Positions 40,821-55,841 are shown, counted from the stretch's first letter. The stretch is 64,000 nt of DNA from Chrysomallon squamiferum (GCA_012295275.1 CM022665.1:41354001-41418000), one strand, 5' to 3'. Made by a program: numbers and translations. Notes: generated by a model from the sequence alone, not told the origin.

Positions 40821-42863
40821 GTTTTTATTATTTATTTTATTTATTTTTTTAAAGATGAAAGAAAAAATATTTTTGAATTCTACTGCAATGTTGTATAAAG
40901 ATGTTTTGTTCCAAACTGAAAATTTAATTTTCATGTTGTATTTCACTATTTGAAGTATGCATATAGGTCTGGACATGGATTTTTTCCTGTATGCACACAC
41001 TCTATTGTTTAAATACATGTTTGTATAACCATGAGTATATGTTTGTATGATATTCATTCACATATGTGCATCAGTTTTTATATATGTGACCAAACACATC
41101 AAAATCAGGAATATGTTTTTCTCAGGATCCATTTGACAGAAACTTTCTTTATGTGCCTTCTCTTAAAAAAACAATAACCTTGTGTCCAATCTAGCTAGAC
41201 ATTTCTGTTTGGTAATGTTGTAAAGCCAGGAAAATTATCTTTCAGCTTGGTACCTTTAACTGAAAGAGTAATTTTCTTAGTTGCAGCTGATTTTGATTTT
41301 CTCCGTCACATATACTTCACAATAGCAAATCGACTGATATCTTCACAGCTATTCTTAATAAATCAGTACAATGTGCTGTATCCATGTTTTTGAAACCTGA
41401 CAGCTACATTATTTGTCTTGAATGAAACAGATAATCTGAGAGTGGGTAGGTTTCATTATTATCACATCGGCTGGCATTTAACATCAGCAGAAGTAAATTA
41501 CTCAGAGATCAGATTAATGTCTCACTGGGTCATGTCTTCTTGTCTGCTGCCCATGGCCTGATTTATAATGGTAAAAATCATAGTTTAAAATGACCTGGGT
41601 TGAAGAATTTGATTTTATTCTGTTTTACCTCAATAATAAACATATCAGCATGCAAAAAAAAAAAAGAAAAAAGTATAATGAAAGGGAAGTGGTTTTTTGT
41701 TTGGTTTTGTTTTGATAACTGATAATAGTGATGAAAAAGAAGGAAGAAAGAAGAAAGATGGATGGGTAGACAGATGAATAAGTAAATGGATGCATATATA
41801 TTACTTTTATATTTTCAGTGAATATTTGAATCAATGGATGACGAACAGATAAATGTAATCTGCACAACAGAAATACACATAAACACATTCAAAATAATTA
41901 TCATTATAGCAGCTGATTTGAATAATAAACAAAAAACACCAGAATAATGTTGTATTATTTATTAATTAGTTCTTACATATAAGTAAAATACAGTTGAGAA
42001 ACAAACAAATGATATTTAACACCTATAATTTTAAACAATTTTTTATTATTTTTTTTTGTTGTGGAAATGAAAGAAATCTATGTTTTAATCAGTTAATATA
42101 ACAGACCCGTTTGTCTCCATCCTGCATAAGAATTACACCACTGAACTGTTAAGACAGCAATTGTAAAACTCACAGAGTTATCACATTTATGAAGGTTATC
42201 TTCACAAAAAGGTTCACTTTGTAACGATTCTTTATTCATTTTCTAATCTAACATTTTTCTGGGTTTTTTTTTCTTCTTCTTCTTTTTTAACATGATCAGA
42301 ATAATCCTAAAAGAATAATAAAAGATGCTTTGAGAAGTTTCAATCAGTTGTTACATGAAAAAAAAAAATATAGATTTATATTCTTGACTCTTTCAGTTTT
42401 GTTCTCCTGATGTTAAAAAAGTGATCACTTTACTGATGTGCACAAATGTATATTGTTTTTAAATATGAAGTGAACAGTTTCTCATTCTCTTGCTTGCACA
42501 AAAGTAGTCTCCATAGGGACTAAAAATCAGCTCATCTTGGCACACGTTGACTTCTCAAAATTATCTACTTAAAATCATTATGATTTGAAAAAGTTGATCT
42601 CCAACATAAATCCAAGAGAGCAGTTCACTGATAATCCTTCGTCTGACATCTTTTTTTTTTAAAATCAGATATTCTCTTTAAAAGTCCAGATGTTACAAAA
42701 CTTTCTGCTACAAGAACGAAAAACAAGGACATTTTTTTTTTCTCTCTCTCTCTCTCATAATTACTCTCTTTGATTCAGAATTTGTTAATCTTTTGTAAAA
42801 CATGCCAGTACGAGAAACAAAAACAAAAACAATATGAATATGGCAACTTGAATGTCAAATGTT

Positions 42864-43986
42864 TCAGAATGCTGTGGTGTGTGTTTCCTTGTCTATGATG
42901 TTATTGAGCTCAGGCTCTGTTGAGTTGGGCACAGCCAGTGAGTATTTTGCCACTGAAACTCCATTTGTACAGCGCTTCTTCTTGCCCATCATGCGTCCAA
43001 ACTCTTTGCGAAAATTATCATTGAGCCAGCCATACAGAAAGGGATTAATGCAGGCGGAGCTCATGGCAAACAGTTTGAGCAACAAGTCAATGAGTTTGAA
43101 GTATTTCCCACGAATGACACTGTGATGGAACTCAGTGGCCAGACTGAAAATGTTCCAGGGCAACCAGCAGAGTGTGAATGTCAGAACAACTGAGATGAGA
43201 ATTTTTGTCGTTCTTCTGCTTTTTCGGGTTTCTTTCTTTTTCACGGGGCGCTTTCTCAGCACCAGACAGATGCAGCTGTAGAAGATGGTGGTGGCAATGA
43301 TGGGAATGGCAAACTGCAGCGTGAAAACAGACACGGAATATGCTCGCTTTGTGCGAGCCGATGTCCACGTTTCCACACAGAATACTTTGTAGATGTTGAG
43401 AAGAGGCTCTTCGAAGATTTCCACTTTGGTGCGCATCATGAGAGGAATAGCCAGGCCCACTGTTACCACCACTATGACAGCTATAATGATGAGGGCCACA
43501 CTGTTGGACATATGTTTTGCAAATGGAAACACAATCAGCAAGTATCGATCAATAGCAATACAGAGAATGGACAAAGATGACACGAATATAGGCACTCCAA
43601 AGGTTGGCATCGTGATCCGGCACATAACATCACCAAATGCCCACATGTCGGTCAGTTGATAGTGCAGCTGGAATGGAAGGTTAAAAAGACACAGAACAAT
43701 GTCGGCCACAGCCAGGTTGGCAATGAAAATATTGGTTACAGTGTGAAGCTGCCGGTATTTCACAATGACAATGACTACCAACAGGTTTCCAAAACCCAAT
43801 AAAGATGACAATGGAGTAAAGGATGATCATGACAATCTGCCAGTGGCGCTTCTCAAGGACGTCCCAGTCTGACTGCTGCATGTTCTGTGACAGGTTATTG
43901 AACAGAGCCAGCTGCATCTGAAGTTCTGCATCAGACATGTTGTCAGAGTCTATGTTCAGCACAAAAGGCACTTCATCAAGCTCCAT
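42864..43986 (-). CDS. Rhodopsin-class neuropeptide GPCR (sNPF/prolactin-releasing peptide/NPY receptor-like), intronless CDS with one frameshift at ~43791-43794
   Basis: Overlapping ORFs 43986-43681 (N-terminus with N-glycosylation sequons NMS and NLS, start of TM1) and 43811-42864 (GNLLV, TVTNIFIANLAVAD, WAFGDVMC, IAIDRY, CVETW, FTLCWLPWN, AMSSACINPFLYGWLNDNFRKEF) join into one ~374-aa 7TM protein if the T-run in GGG TTT T GGA AAC is corrected. Family call is from motif recognition. Confidence 0.85.
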
Positions 43987-46900
43987 TATTAATACTGTTT
44001 GTTGTGAGTGCCTATGGTGTGCACGATGTATTGTTCAAGAGTACGAGGTAGTTTATCCAGTATCAACTATGAGGCCAGCCAGACAACTACATTTGAAATT
44101 TAAAACATTAACATCATGTAATTCAGTTCATCAGTACTTTTAGGAACCAATCCAATGCATTATATTTTAGTTTTATATTAATATCATTGGCTTCCTTTTT
44201 CTTTCTACTTTTTCGTTCTTTCCCTTAGCCAATTATGTTATATTTCAAGATTATTTTTATGTTACTGTCTTTATTTTTCTTTTCTTTTTTCCTTTCCTTT
44301 ACCAAGCTAGTTCCTGTATTATATTTGAAGTTTATGTTTTTCTTTCTTTCTTTTAGCAAATATGTTTATTTCATTGCTTTTATTTATTTTTTTTTTTTTT
44401 TTTATCACTTTTTGTTGTCCACTGATATTGATTATTTAGTTATTACTTCAGATCTTTTTCATTGCTGTTCAAACAAATAGACAGTGTTGTCTTTTCCTTT
44501 GTTGTATGTAGTCAGTTTGTTTCTTCAGGTAAAAAACAGCTGTTAACCTTGTTTCCAGATAGAAATTATATTTCCTGAAAACAGAAAAAAAAGATATATA
44601 TATATATTAAACGTTAATAGAACTTTCTTGAAGATTCTGAATACATATCAGTATTAAATTATCAGTAATGTGTACCTGTTCTTTTTTTTATAATCAAGAT
44701 ATTAGACTTGAAGGTAAATATTCTGATAATTACAAGTTTTAAAGCTTGTTTGAAGACATGTAATTTACTTGAAGGAAACTTTGTTCTTTGTAAATATGAT
44801 TAGTAAATCTACCATATGAAGAAAAAAAAAAAAAAAGAAAAGTTCTAACATTCAAGCTGTGGTAAAAAGAAAACATTTTCTGTGGACTTTGTGGAGGTTT
44901 TTCTTTCTCCTCTGGCTTAATGTAAAAAATATTTTCATTTATCATTCTAATTAAACAGGCTGTCACTCAGTCAAAAGGCAAACAGGTAGATTACATAAAG
45001 ACTGAGTGACATATAAGGAGAATTAACAGAAGTTAAGAAAAATATATGACAAGTTCACTTTTACACACTTGTGTTACAGTAAAAACATTTGTTAACAAAT
45101 ATGTTTTCAGACTTTAATATGCAACATCAGTAGTATAAAACTTATATTTATGTAATATTTCATAAATTAACCTAAATTTATTTAACTTTTACTTTTTACT
45201 TCATTTTTTTTTATATAATAAAGCCCTAAGTTGTATGTGAAAATGTGATATATGTCTTTATGATTGTAGGATCAGTCCCTCACATAGGTCTGTTGGTGTA
45301 TTTCTCATTCCAACTAGTACTCTGCAAAGATCAAGGTAACAGTAGTTTGAAGTGTTGATTTCTTTTTGGTTTTGAATTTGACTTTTTCTCTTTTTTTTAT
45401 TTAGTGATTTTGAAATTTACTTTGTCTCAGTTTGTACAAAATACTATTAAAACTTTGGTCATCAGTATGAATGGATGACTTTTGTGTAATACCAGTATAT
45501 ACTTCTTTTTTATATATGCCTTAAAACTGTTCTTCAGAGTACTATTATATATATTTACTTTCCATTTATATCGGTCTGTTTACAAATTATCTTCATGTGA
45601 TGTCAAGCAATTCCTGTGTTCTGGGAATTAATTACATTCATTTGATATGATTAGGTTGGTGCTGTAATCAAATTTTATATACTGAAGGGTATAAAACAGA
45701 TTTCCTCAGGCAGCAAATAAGTCTATGATACGAAGCTTTGAATGTTTACATTGGTTTCAAGATGGGTTGTTGAGTCGACCTTGTGTTTTTTTTAATTATG
45801 ATTAAAAATTACACTGCTGTCTTTATTCTTCGTTTCTTTTTTTTATTATTACAGAATAAGTATAATTTATAAAAAAAAATAAAAAAAATAAAAAAATTTC
45901 CTTAGGTGTTTGTTTGTCTCAAGGGGAAAAAAAAAAGAAGAAAAAGAAAAGGAAATTAGGTGGGAAAAAAAAATACAGGGAAGCTAAAAATAGTCTATGA
46001 CATTTCACGTGGGAGTTGTGACTGCCAAGGGTGACGTACTCACAGATGTATTGACTGTCCAACATGATTGTCATTGTCTGGATTTCACACTGCTGCTCCA
46101 GGATGAAATCTTCAAGCGACTCAACCACTTGCCAATAATTATCAGTTTCATGCATTTCTAACTGTGACAGTGGTATTACTGCAGTCAGTTCTGTGATTTC
46201 ATTGATAAGGAAGTGGGAGAATTTCCCAGGAGGCTTTCTGCTTTGTCAATAGTTTCATTCATCGGGTTAATAATTGTTTTCCAATGGATATTTCTTCCCA
46301 AGCAATGATATGCTGGGGCATTACACCAATTTCTGTAAAAATCCTGCTCATAATGAACTTTTAACCTGGACATGTCTTAACATGGTCTAAGATTTTCATG
46401 AAAAAAATATTTAATTACTTAAAAATGAAAGCAGACTGCTGAATAAAGTTTTTATCTTAACTAACATTTCACCAGAGTAAACTGGTCTGGTAATCTAGCA
46501 TCATTAACTGATAATAATAAAATACCCCCAAAAAAAAAAAGCAAGCCAAAACTAAACAAAATGAATGCCCATAAAACTCTCAACCAAAAAAAACCACTGA
46601 CTTGTACAAAAGGGTTCAATTGTAATTGGTTTCATTTTAAGATTTTTTTCTTTCTTGAAATGTTTACTAAATTACAAAAACACTGACAACTAAATTAAAA
46701 TGGAATATCTTTAATTAGGAACCCAATATATCTGAAGTCAAATGAAAGTTGAAAAACATAAAAAATCTTGTAATAATGAATTTGTAACTGAACCATACTT
46801 TAAAATGGAATTTCCTGGAAATATATCTGAGAAAATACATTTCAAGTGACAGCAGACAGAGAAACAACCTTAAGGAATTTTTTTCTCTTTTTTTAACTGC

Positions 46901-49759
46901 CTCTTATTTTAAGAAGCTAATTTCAGTATCATGTTTTCTTGAAGTAATGATAAATTACTATGATACCAAATATAGCAGTGGAAATAGAAAGTGTTAATTT
47001 GTGGTGTTACACTTCTAGACGTACTTGAATGCACTTAATTGTTAGGTGACCAAAGTGTACTGCAGTGGACTTTGTGTTGGAAATTCAAAATAATCTGAAG
47101 AATACATATGATGAGCAGTCCACATTATAGTATTTATTTAGCTGTTTACAGGGACTAGAAATATAAACAAAGTTTGCTACAAATCCAAAGTTTACTATCT
47201 ATTATTATCTGTAGTATATTCAAATGTACCTGTAGTAAGGAATATAAAATTTATTAAGCCTATGTGTAGTTGTATAATCTAAAATATACAGAAGTGTACT
47301 GAAGGGGGTTGTAAATCCAATTTACAAAATTCATTCATGCAAAAATCTAAAGTACACAAGGGCTATGGATCCAAAGTTTACTTCTTGTACTAATCTAAAA
47401 GTATACGGAATAATATGTAGGTATTATTAATCCAAGGTGTACATAGTGTAATAATCTAAAATACACAGAACAAGTGTGTAGGTGCTACATGATAACCTGC
47501 ACAATACTGAACAAGTATCTGGGTGCTAAGAATTCAAGGTTTAGTCAAGTGAAAGTAGTGTAGTAATCCAAAGTATACTCAAGTGTACATAGTAGTTAGA
47601 CATCCAGAGTGTACTGAAGCAAACTTAGTGTTGATTTAAGTGGAAGGTTTCAGTGCCAAGTAGATGATTTTGTCTTCACTGGGGTTAACTCTCCATGATA
47701 CATGTCATCGCTTGGAGGTTTCTTATCAGGCCTGATTCAAGTGTGATTGTCGAAGACTCAATTATAGACAGAATTAACTTGTTTTCACCTCCCACTACAC
47801 TTCATCAGACTTAAAACATTACCACAGTGATTGAATAGTTTGTGAGCAGTTTGTAATCAGTGCTGTTGCATTCTATAGAAACTGAATATTAATGTGCATT
47901 TGTGTACAGTTTGACAGAGTCAGAGCATTCGTAATGTGTCTAGAACTAAACTGAATATGAATATATATATTTGTATAGAGTTTATTTGTTAGATATCTTT
48001 TGATAAACCTTTTTAGAACAAATAGTAGAGTACTTTGTATAATGGCATTACTAGAGTTCATTGATTCATTTTTTGACTTTGGCAATTGGATATCAAATGC
48101 TTGATAATTAAGACAGAACCCACTATATATATATATATATAATACATTTTTTAATAGCAACAAGGAATTTTGTTATATATAGTTCTTCCCACTTGAAGAA
48201 GAATATACCAGTGCTTTTGATATATTAGATATATTAAAACGTGATGAGAAAGACAGTTTAACAGTAATTAGGATGATGACGTGTTTGAAGAAAACAAGAA
48301 GAATTTAAAAATTTGATTGAAAATGTGAAATACAAAACAAAAAAGAAACTCGGTGAAATAAAAGAAACTTGTAACAGAACATCTGTTTCATTTCATCCTT
48401 TATAATTTTTTGTTTTCCTTTTCTTCCTTCCTCTTTTCACTTTTTGAACCTTTTTTTTTTTTTTTTTTTTTTTTTACCTCTTTTGGTATTGAAATATTAA
48501 TAAAAATATCGATTAGAAACTGAAAGTTTTTCTTTCTTAGGCAAAAAAGAAAAACATAATTTTAACAAGGCCAATTAACCTATAAATAAAACACATGATA
48601 ACAATGCTTAATAAACAATGTTACTGACCTTATTAGTTTGGGCATTTTTTTAAATAATTAATTTTTTTTTTTTTTATTATTATTATTAATCATTTTTTTT
48701 TACCATCCTCTACATATATTACAATGGTTTTATATACATTTTGAACCAACTTTGGTAATTGCTGTGACAATGACTTATCATTTTTTAAAATAATTAATTT
48801 CATTTTTTTAAATTTTAATTATATTTTTTTAACATCCTGTACATAAACCACTCAAATTTTATACACATTTTTGAAAAGATCTTAGTAAATGTTGTTACAC
48901 TGACATTTAATTTTTTTGAAAATAATTGTCTTTTTTTTTTTTTAAATTATTAATTTTTTAACATTTGTCTACATGTACTACTCAGGGTTTATATGCATTT
49001 TAAACAAACCTTGTTAATTGTTGTGACTTTTATATCCTAGTTGAGTCAGTATTGATCTATCTTGAAGATGGCATCATTGATGGACCAAGAGGAAGTCGCA
49101 GCATCATTTCGCGTTGCAGTCGTTGTGTTTCTTCAACTTCTCCGTCACTTAAAGTGTTATCTGCTATTTTTTTTTCCCATCTGAACACACCATCTTCAGA
49201 TTTGATTGGCTTATTTGATAAGGTCCTTCCACTTCTGTCTGTCGATGTGTTTTCCAGAAGAATCTGAAATATTAACACCTAAGTTATGTACTTGGTAAAA
49301 AAAAAAAAAAAAAAAGTTTTTTTTTTTTTTTTTTGTTACTTTTTACATTTAAATTTTTTTTTCTTAAAATTAAATTATTTGTGGGTTTTTTAATGCAATA
49401 ATCATACGTCATTCAGTATGCATATGTATGACATCAATTGAAAATGCAATTAAACTATTGAACAATTGATAATAAAAGATATTTTTGTCAAGTGCAGCCA
49501 TTAGTTAATCCCCATGTTACCAAATATAACTGAATTAACATTTTGTTACCAAGTTCTTACACTTTTGTATCTAAGAACAAAATGGCTTGTTTGTGATGAG
49601 GTCATATTTAATCCTTTTGTATTATTTTAATCTTTTTCCACATCCTAATCTTTTCTCATTTTTCTGTTCTATCCAGTACTCCTGGACATTTTTATTTATT
49701 TATTTATTTATTTATTTTTAAATCAAAAGCCATGCACAATACTCTTAATTAATTAGAAT

Positions 49760-50290
49760 GTCAAGCTGAATTTTCTCTGAAAAACCCACAATGTATGAGA
49801 ATTACGAGATGAGAAAAAATTAATCTGTAAACTCGGGTGGTAGTGTTGTTATGATAAATTTTTAATAGACATTTCTTTTTTTTGTCTGAATTTTTTTTCT
49901 TTCTCAGCATGCAATATGCTTTCTTGACAATGAGAAAATTATAATGAGAATTACCAGATGAGAGAAAAAAAATTAATCAAGGAATAATGTATTAATATAT
50001 TTAAAACAAAAAAAATTATTTTCTTAATTTTTACTCTTGCAGCGGAATATGCTTTCTTGAAAACAAAAACTTGCTTGCAGAAAATTGTAATGAATATAGC
50101 AATGAATAAGAATTACCACATGAGAAAGAAATTAATCAGTAAGCTTAGTGTTTTAATATTCATTTTTGATATAATTTCTTGACAATGAAAACACACATGT
50201 ACAGTTTTTTCTGAAGGCTGTAATATATGAGAATTACCAGATTAGAAACAATTAATCAGAAAACTCAGGTGATGGTGCTATGATACAAAT
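49760..50290. repeat. Degenerate tandem repeat, ~120-160 bp, 4 copies
   Basis: Motif gagaattac(c/g)agatgaga..aattaatc recurs at ~49797, ~49946, ~50108 and ~50229. Confidence 0.6.
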
Positions 50291-51004
50291 TGTATTTTTT
50301 TCTCTCACTTTGTTTTCTCTTTCACTGTGTGTATCTCTCTTCACCTCTCACTTTCACTTTTTTTTTATTTCTTTTATTCTCTCAGGATATCTCACCTCCA
50401 TCCATCATGAGCTCTTTTTTTTTTTTTTTTTTTTCTTTCTTTTTTAAAACCTTTATCTAAAACATGAACATTCTGAAAACTGGCCACCTACATGATAAAT
50501 GAAAGCAATTTGTCAGCAAATTCTGTCACTTTAACCACAGAACAAAAGCCAAAGCTCTTTAGCTTTATTGGAGGGGAACATCAAAAAGCAATATCTCTTT
50601 GATGTGTCACGTGCATAAGATATTTGCTGTATTAATTGGACAGAAACTGGACCACCAACAAAACAGGCACTGACAGACTGAACTGAAAAACCCAGTGGTC
50701 CAATTTAACTTGAGCATTATAAAGCATATGAAAAATATGAAATTGATGGCCCACGTTCTTCGAAAGAGTCAGAAGTATCTGCTTGACGATTTAGGGTGAC
50801 TTAACAGCAGTGTCTAGTTAATAACAGAACAGTCACCACAGATAGTTAAACTCACTTTATAAGATTTGTAATCAGTTCCCATCCTTTGTTCTGGGCCATT
50901 TTCATTCCATGTCTAAAGAAATCATAGACGCTTAATTGAAAATCAGAACATCATGACTTGATGTCGCCTTGGGCTTGTGTGTAATTAATCTTCTTTTTTT
51001 TTTC

Positions 51005-51107
<103 letters not shown>

Positions 51108-54100
51108 CCTAATTCATTGTCTTTGATGTTTGTTAACATACATATAATAAATTTTAATAATATCTTTCTTGAAAATAATTATTAAATTGAATGTTTTCCA
51201 ATACCTGTACCCAGTACTTTCATTTTCTTAAAACATGTTTTACAAAATTCCAAACAAAACAAAACTAATATTAAGAATATGCCTGCAAAATAAATGAAAG
51301 AAAGAAAGAAAAATAAACAGCCTTAGATCAAAAAAAAAAAAAAAAAAAAAAAAAAAAGACTGAAAAAAAAAAAATTATTATATTAAATGTAATTATTTTT
51401 ATATTAAAATGCAGGCTCTGGAGCAATTGTGTTAAAAGTTTATCATTTGCATAGCCCTTTTCTTCATTGTTCTTTTCTTTTTTTTTCTTTTTTAATATAC
51501 AGGTATTGAACCAACACTGACAGGTACAAGCTTAGGCACTACCAAATATAATGTTGTAATAAATGACTTTCAAGATAACAACTACACAGTGCAGTAAAAT
51601 GACAGAGAAATGTTGTCTCGTTGTTAAAACAGTGATTGATATTCATTTAGTGCCAAGTTCAGCTGATGGGTTATTAAGCATCTTGTTCCAACTGACACAG
51701 TAAAACAAATGCTTTTTGAAAGTATTCAGTTCTTCATTTTCCTTTTCCATTTGAATGAGGGGGTCAGATATAATTCTTGCACAAACATGTGTATGTATGT
51801 GTGTATTTGTATTTATTGTGTTTTTATGTCTGTTTTTTTTTAATAGGTGTCATAATGATGATCATGCAATGTGTGTGTGTGTGTGGGAAAGATAGATTTT
51901 ATTTTGATTGAAGTAGGGTGACAGGAATGAAAAAAACCTATTATCACAATTCAGACCTAATGTATAGATTAACAGTGAGAGATGTTTTTCTATGTATCAT
52001 TCCACAATCTGGAAATAACATTGTCATTTACTAAGAACCAGTCTTGGAGTACTAGCTAGAATGGGAAATAGATTGATTCACTGACTACTAACATCTCATA
52101 GTTGTATTGTAACCACTTAGCTACGTTGGACTCCCTTCTGTAACTTCAGAAAACCTTCTTACAGCACAGTTGCAGGTTAAAACACTGTCTTCCGTACACC
52201 ACACTCTGCATGTCGACGACAACAGAATCCCTCTTAAATCTTCAGCACCTATCTGTACCAAGTCACTGAAGCTGGCACAAACAACGGAGTATAAACCAAA
52301 GAAACAACTGCCAGCGAGAGAGATTGCTTTTCTCTCCAGCCGCAATAAGTTTGGCCAAGTTCTTCAACGCCAGTCACGAAGAACCATTAACTTTATTAGG
52401 TTCGACTAGCATGTTTAGCACCGCCACATCCGATCTGCACCGCAGTGACAGGGTGTAGTACCTATGTTAATGTATTGGACAGAGCAAATTGATATTCTGG
52501 CATGGATAGGCCTCCATATTGTCAAGACAGCAATGTAATTTTCTTCTTTTATGGTCACCACGGCAGTGGACGTTAGCATGGAAAATTAACTTGCTGGCCA
52601 TTGAGTGAAAGCAGTTGTCTGATCATGCGACATGATGTAGCAGTCAAACAAATTAAAGTGAGACCAGCATGAATTGCAATAATGGTCAGGCAGGCGGTAT
52701 TAGCTTCTTTTGTTCTGACGTTTTTTTTTATATGTATTTTTTTTTAATATCTTTTTCACTTTTGTTGGCGTGTTTGTAAACACGTTGATGAATACAAATT
52801 GGCTGCATGAGCTAATTTATATTCATTAAGAGAATAAAATAGATTTTTTATTTTTTTTATTTGTTTTTTTTTTAAGTACAGTTTTATTGCTGCTAATGTT
52901 AATTTGTAGTCTTTGAAAAAAAACTTGGTTACAGTGGGGTATATTTGTTTGATACGTTTTAATTGTAGAATCCAGATCTTATTGATGAACTGATGCATAC
53001 AGCAAAACTGCAGCATTTTGTTTTAAAGGAAAAATGTATTTTTTTTTATTATAGGCCATTAATTTTTAAAATATGCATAGTTATTAGGTGTAAAATATTA
53101 AATCCCCTGTCATCCTTTGGCAGATTGTCTGTCTGTCTGTCTGTGTTTGTGTGTGTTTCTATGTGTTCTGTATATGTGCCTTGTGTAGCTGTGGGTGTGT
53201 GTAGTTGTGGGTGTGTATTTGTGTCTTGCTATTTGTGTGTGTTCTATGTATTTGTATGTAGGTATGGGTGTATTTGTGTCTTGTGTAGCTGTGTGTGTGT
53301 GTGTTTGTGACTTTATGTGTGTCTTGGGTCTGTATTTGATATATGTATGTATGTTTGGGAAATGTATATGTAAAGTGATAATGAATTCACTATGGAAGTC
53401 TTTGATTTTGGGACTCATTGCACTTCAAGTAAGCTGTCTACAACATCAAACATCGTATCTCATGTACTGACAGGTAAATGTTTCTGTGACATAGAAGACA
53501 TTACTGATGAAACCAGCTGAATAAATACATTGTGATATCTCTTAGATCAGCCTGATCTTCATGCATATATCTATATCTGCAGTCCAGACAAACCTGAATG
53601 AGTTAAATTACTCTTGAAAATGGCAGAAAATGTGAATTATAGACAAGTTCTCACTCTAATTTGAAATTTTCACTCACTCAACACTTGGATCTTCTTTGAA
53701 AATAATTTATAATTTAAAAGTAAATAACAAAAATTTATAAGAAATGGCCTTAGAGAATAAGATAATGAGTAATTCAAAAAAAAAAAAAAAAATAAAAAAA
53801 AATTAAAATTAAAATTAAAAATTGAGATACAGCCTTGGAGGATTGGCTTGTTTATAATTTTGCAGATTACTTTTATATCATTTTAAAAATAAACTATTAT
53901 TAACAAAAACAATATCTGGGTTTATTGTTAAGCTTAAAATTACTTTGTTCATCTGTCTTCTTTTGTATTAAATTCGCAAACACATTGTCACTAAAACTGA
54001 GTAGACTATTTAATCTTAAGGATTTTGTATCCAAACATTTGTGCTTGAATCAACAGCAGATATATGAACATTTTAAAGGCTTGATTGATTGATTTTCTCT

Positions 54101-55177
54101 GTGTAAACATCACCAATCAGTTTAATGTTAAAATTGAATTCTGTTATTTGTGAGGCTGAGTGTTCAAAGTAAAGTAATATTCTTTCCTAGTTAATGCCTT
54201 TTGTTTTATATCTATCTATCCATCTATCTATCTATCCCCCCCCCACACACACATATATAATTGTTAAGAATATTGCACACATACAATTTTTTTAACTATA
54301 TAATTATATGTATCATACTGAACAGTTGTTGTTTTTTTTTTTGTTTTTTTTTTTCAGAATTATATTATGAATACTGTTTTTTTATTTTATAGAATACAGT
54401 ATTTAATTTTAAATTCTGTAGCTTCATTTACAAGTTTTGAAAAAAATACAGTGGGATTTTTTATTTTTTATTTTTTCTCCAAATGTAAATAGAACTTGAT
54501 AAAACCTGAAACAACATGTAGTGACTCTTTTTTACCCTACAGTATTTTTCCATCTTTCTTTTCTTTTTTTTTTTTTTTTTCTTTTTACCAAACCAGATGA
54601 CAATTTTCCATTGATTTTATTTTTCTCATTTGTTTTCAGTTAATCTTTAAAATACTTTGATTTAAGTTTTGTGTTTAAAATATATTACGCACCAAACTGT
54701 GGAAAATTAAACCACCGTCGTTATTTAACACTTCCCATGATCCCCGCTTTTTTAACAGCACCTAGGCTGACTGTATAGGTTTAAATTTAATTAAGGTGCA
54801 TGAGACCCAGAATTCATGTCATGTCCATAGCACAGCAGATTGCCTTTGTTACTTTGGCTCTGCCTCGGCAAATGTTCAGAGACATGCCTGGATTGGAAGT
54901 CCATCATGATAACAGTCAGACCTGGTAAAAGGCAGTTGGTGTTTGGGGTATTCTTTGCAATTAGCAGTTGGTCTGAAGGGTTATGATGATAGTACATGGC
55001 CTGTATGCTTTATCAGATGCTTGATGCACAGGAGTACTGTTTCTAAAATGCACTCCGGTTATTGCCGTTGAGCATGTTGAAAATGAAATTAGGACAGTCA
55101 TGCTGATTGGGCGTAAATACGTAAACCCAAGTGAATTGTGATAACTGAATTAATGTTAATTACAAAGTAAACAGAAA

Positions 55178-55209
<32 letters not shown>

Positions 55210-55805
55210 TAATAATGACAGTAATAACATAGATAACAATAATAATGATGGTAGTAATAATAAAAATGATGATAATGATAGTAATAATAATGATGGTATA
55301 GATTATGAGGATGGTGATAAAAATAGTAATAATAATAATAATAATGAAGTCATCACTGTAGCAATGATTATATGCAATATATTATATATTTGTAAATAAA
55401 ATATTGAAACTGCAGTAGGAAATTATAATAATGATACCAGTATCACAATTATATGCAAAATGAATTGAATTGCTTTACTGATTTTACTGAATAACATGAT
55501 ACGAAATGCTATTCTGCTGCTGTTGCTACTACTGCTATTACTACTACTACCACTATCAACAACAATCATCATGATTGTATATAATGTAAATTAAGTTATT
55601 TAAAAATGTATTGATATTATAAAGAGAAACAATAGAAATATAATTTTTATTTATTAACTTTTTCCTTTTTTTTGTGGAATTAAAATTATTCCTCTGCTAA
55701 ACTGTTAAGTAATTTTTCAGTTTAAGCAATAATTTAAAAATCCATGAAGCCAAAGGAACCAGCATATTAAGATTTTTATAACAGTCGAATATTTTGAAAT
55801 TTTCC

Positions 55806-55841
<36 letters not shown>

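Noticed and set aside
42859-43659. Plus-strand ORFs over the GPCR
   Set aside because: Antisense shadows of the receptor CDS.
52993-53470. Cys/Val-rich and His/Thr-rich ORFs (also 21756-22121, 37505-37754, 40178-40405)
   Set aside because: Derived from degenerate TG/CA repeats.
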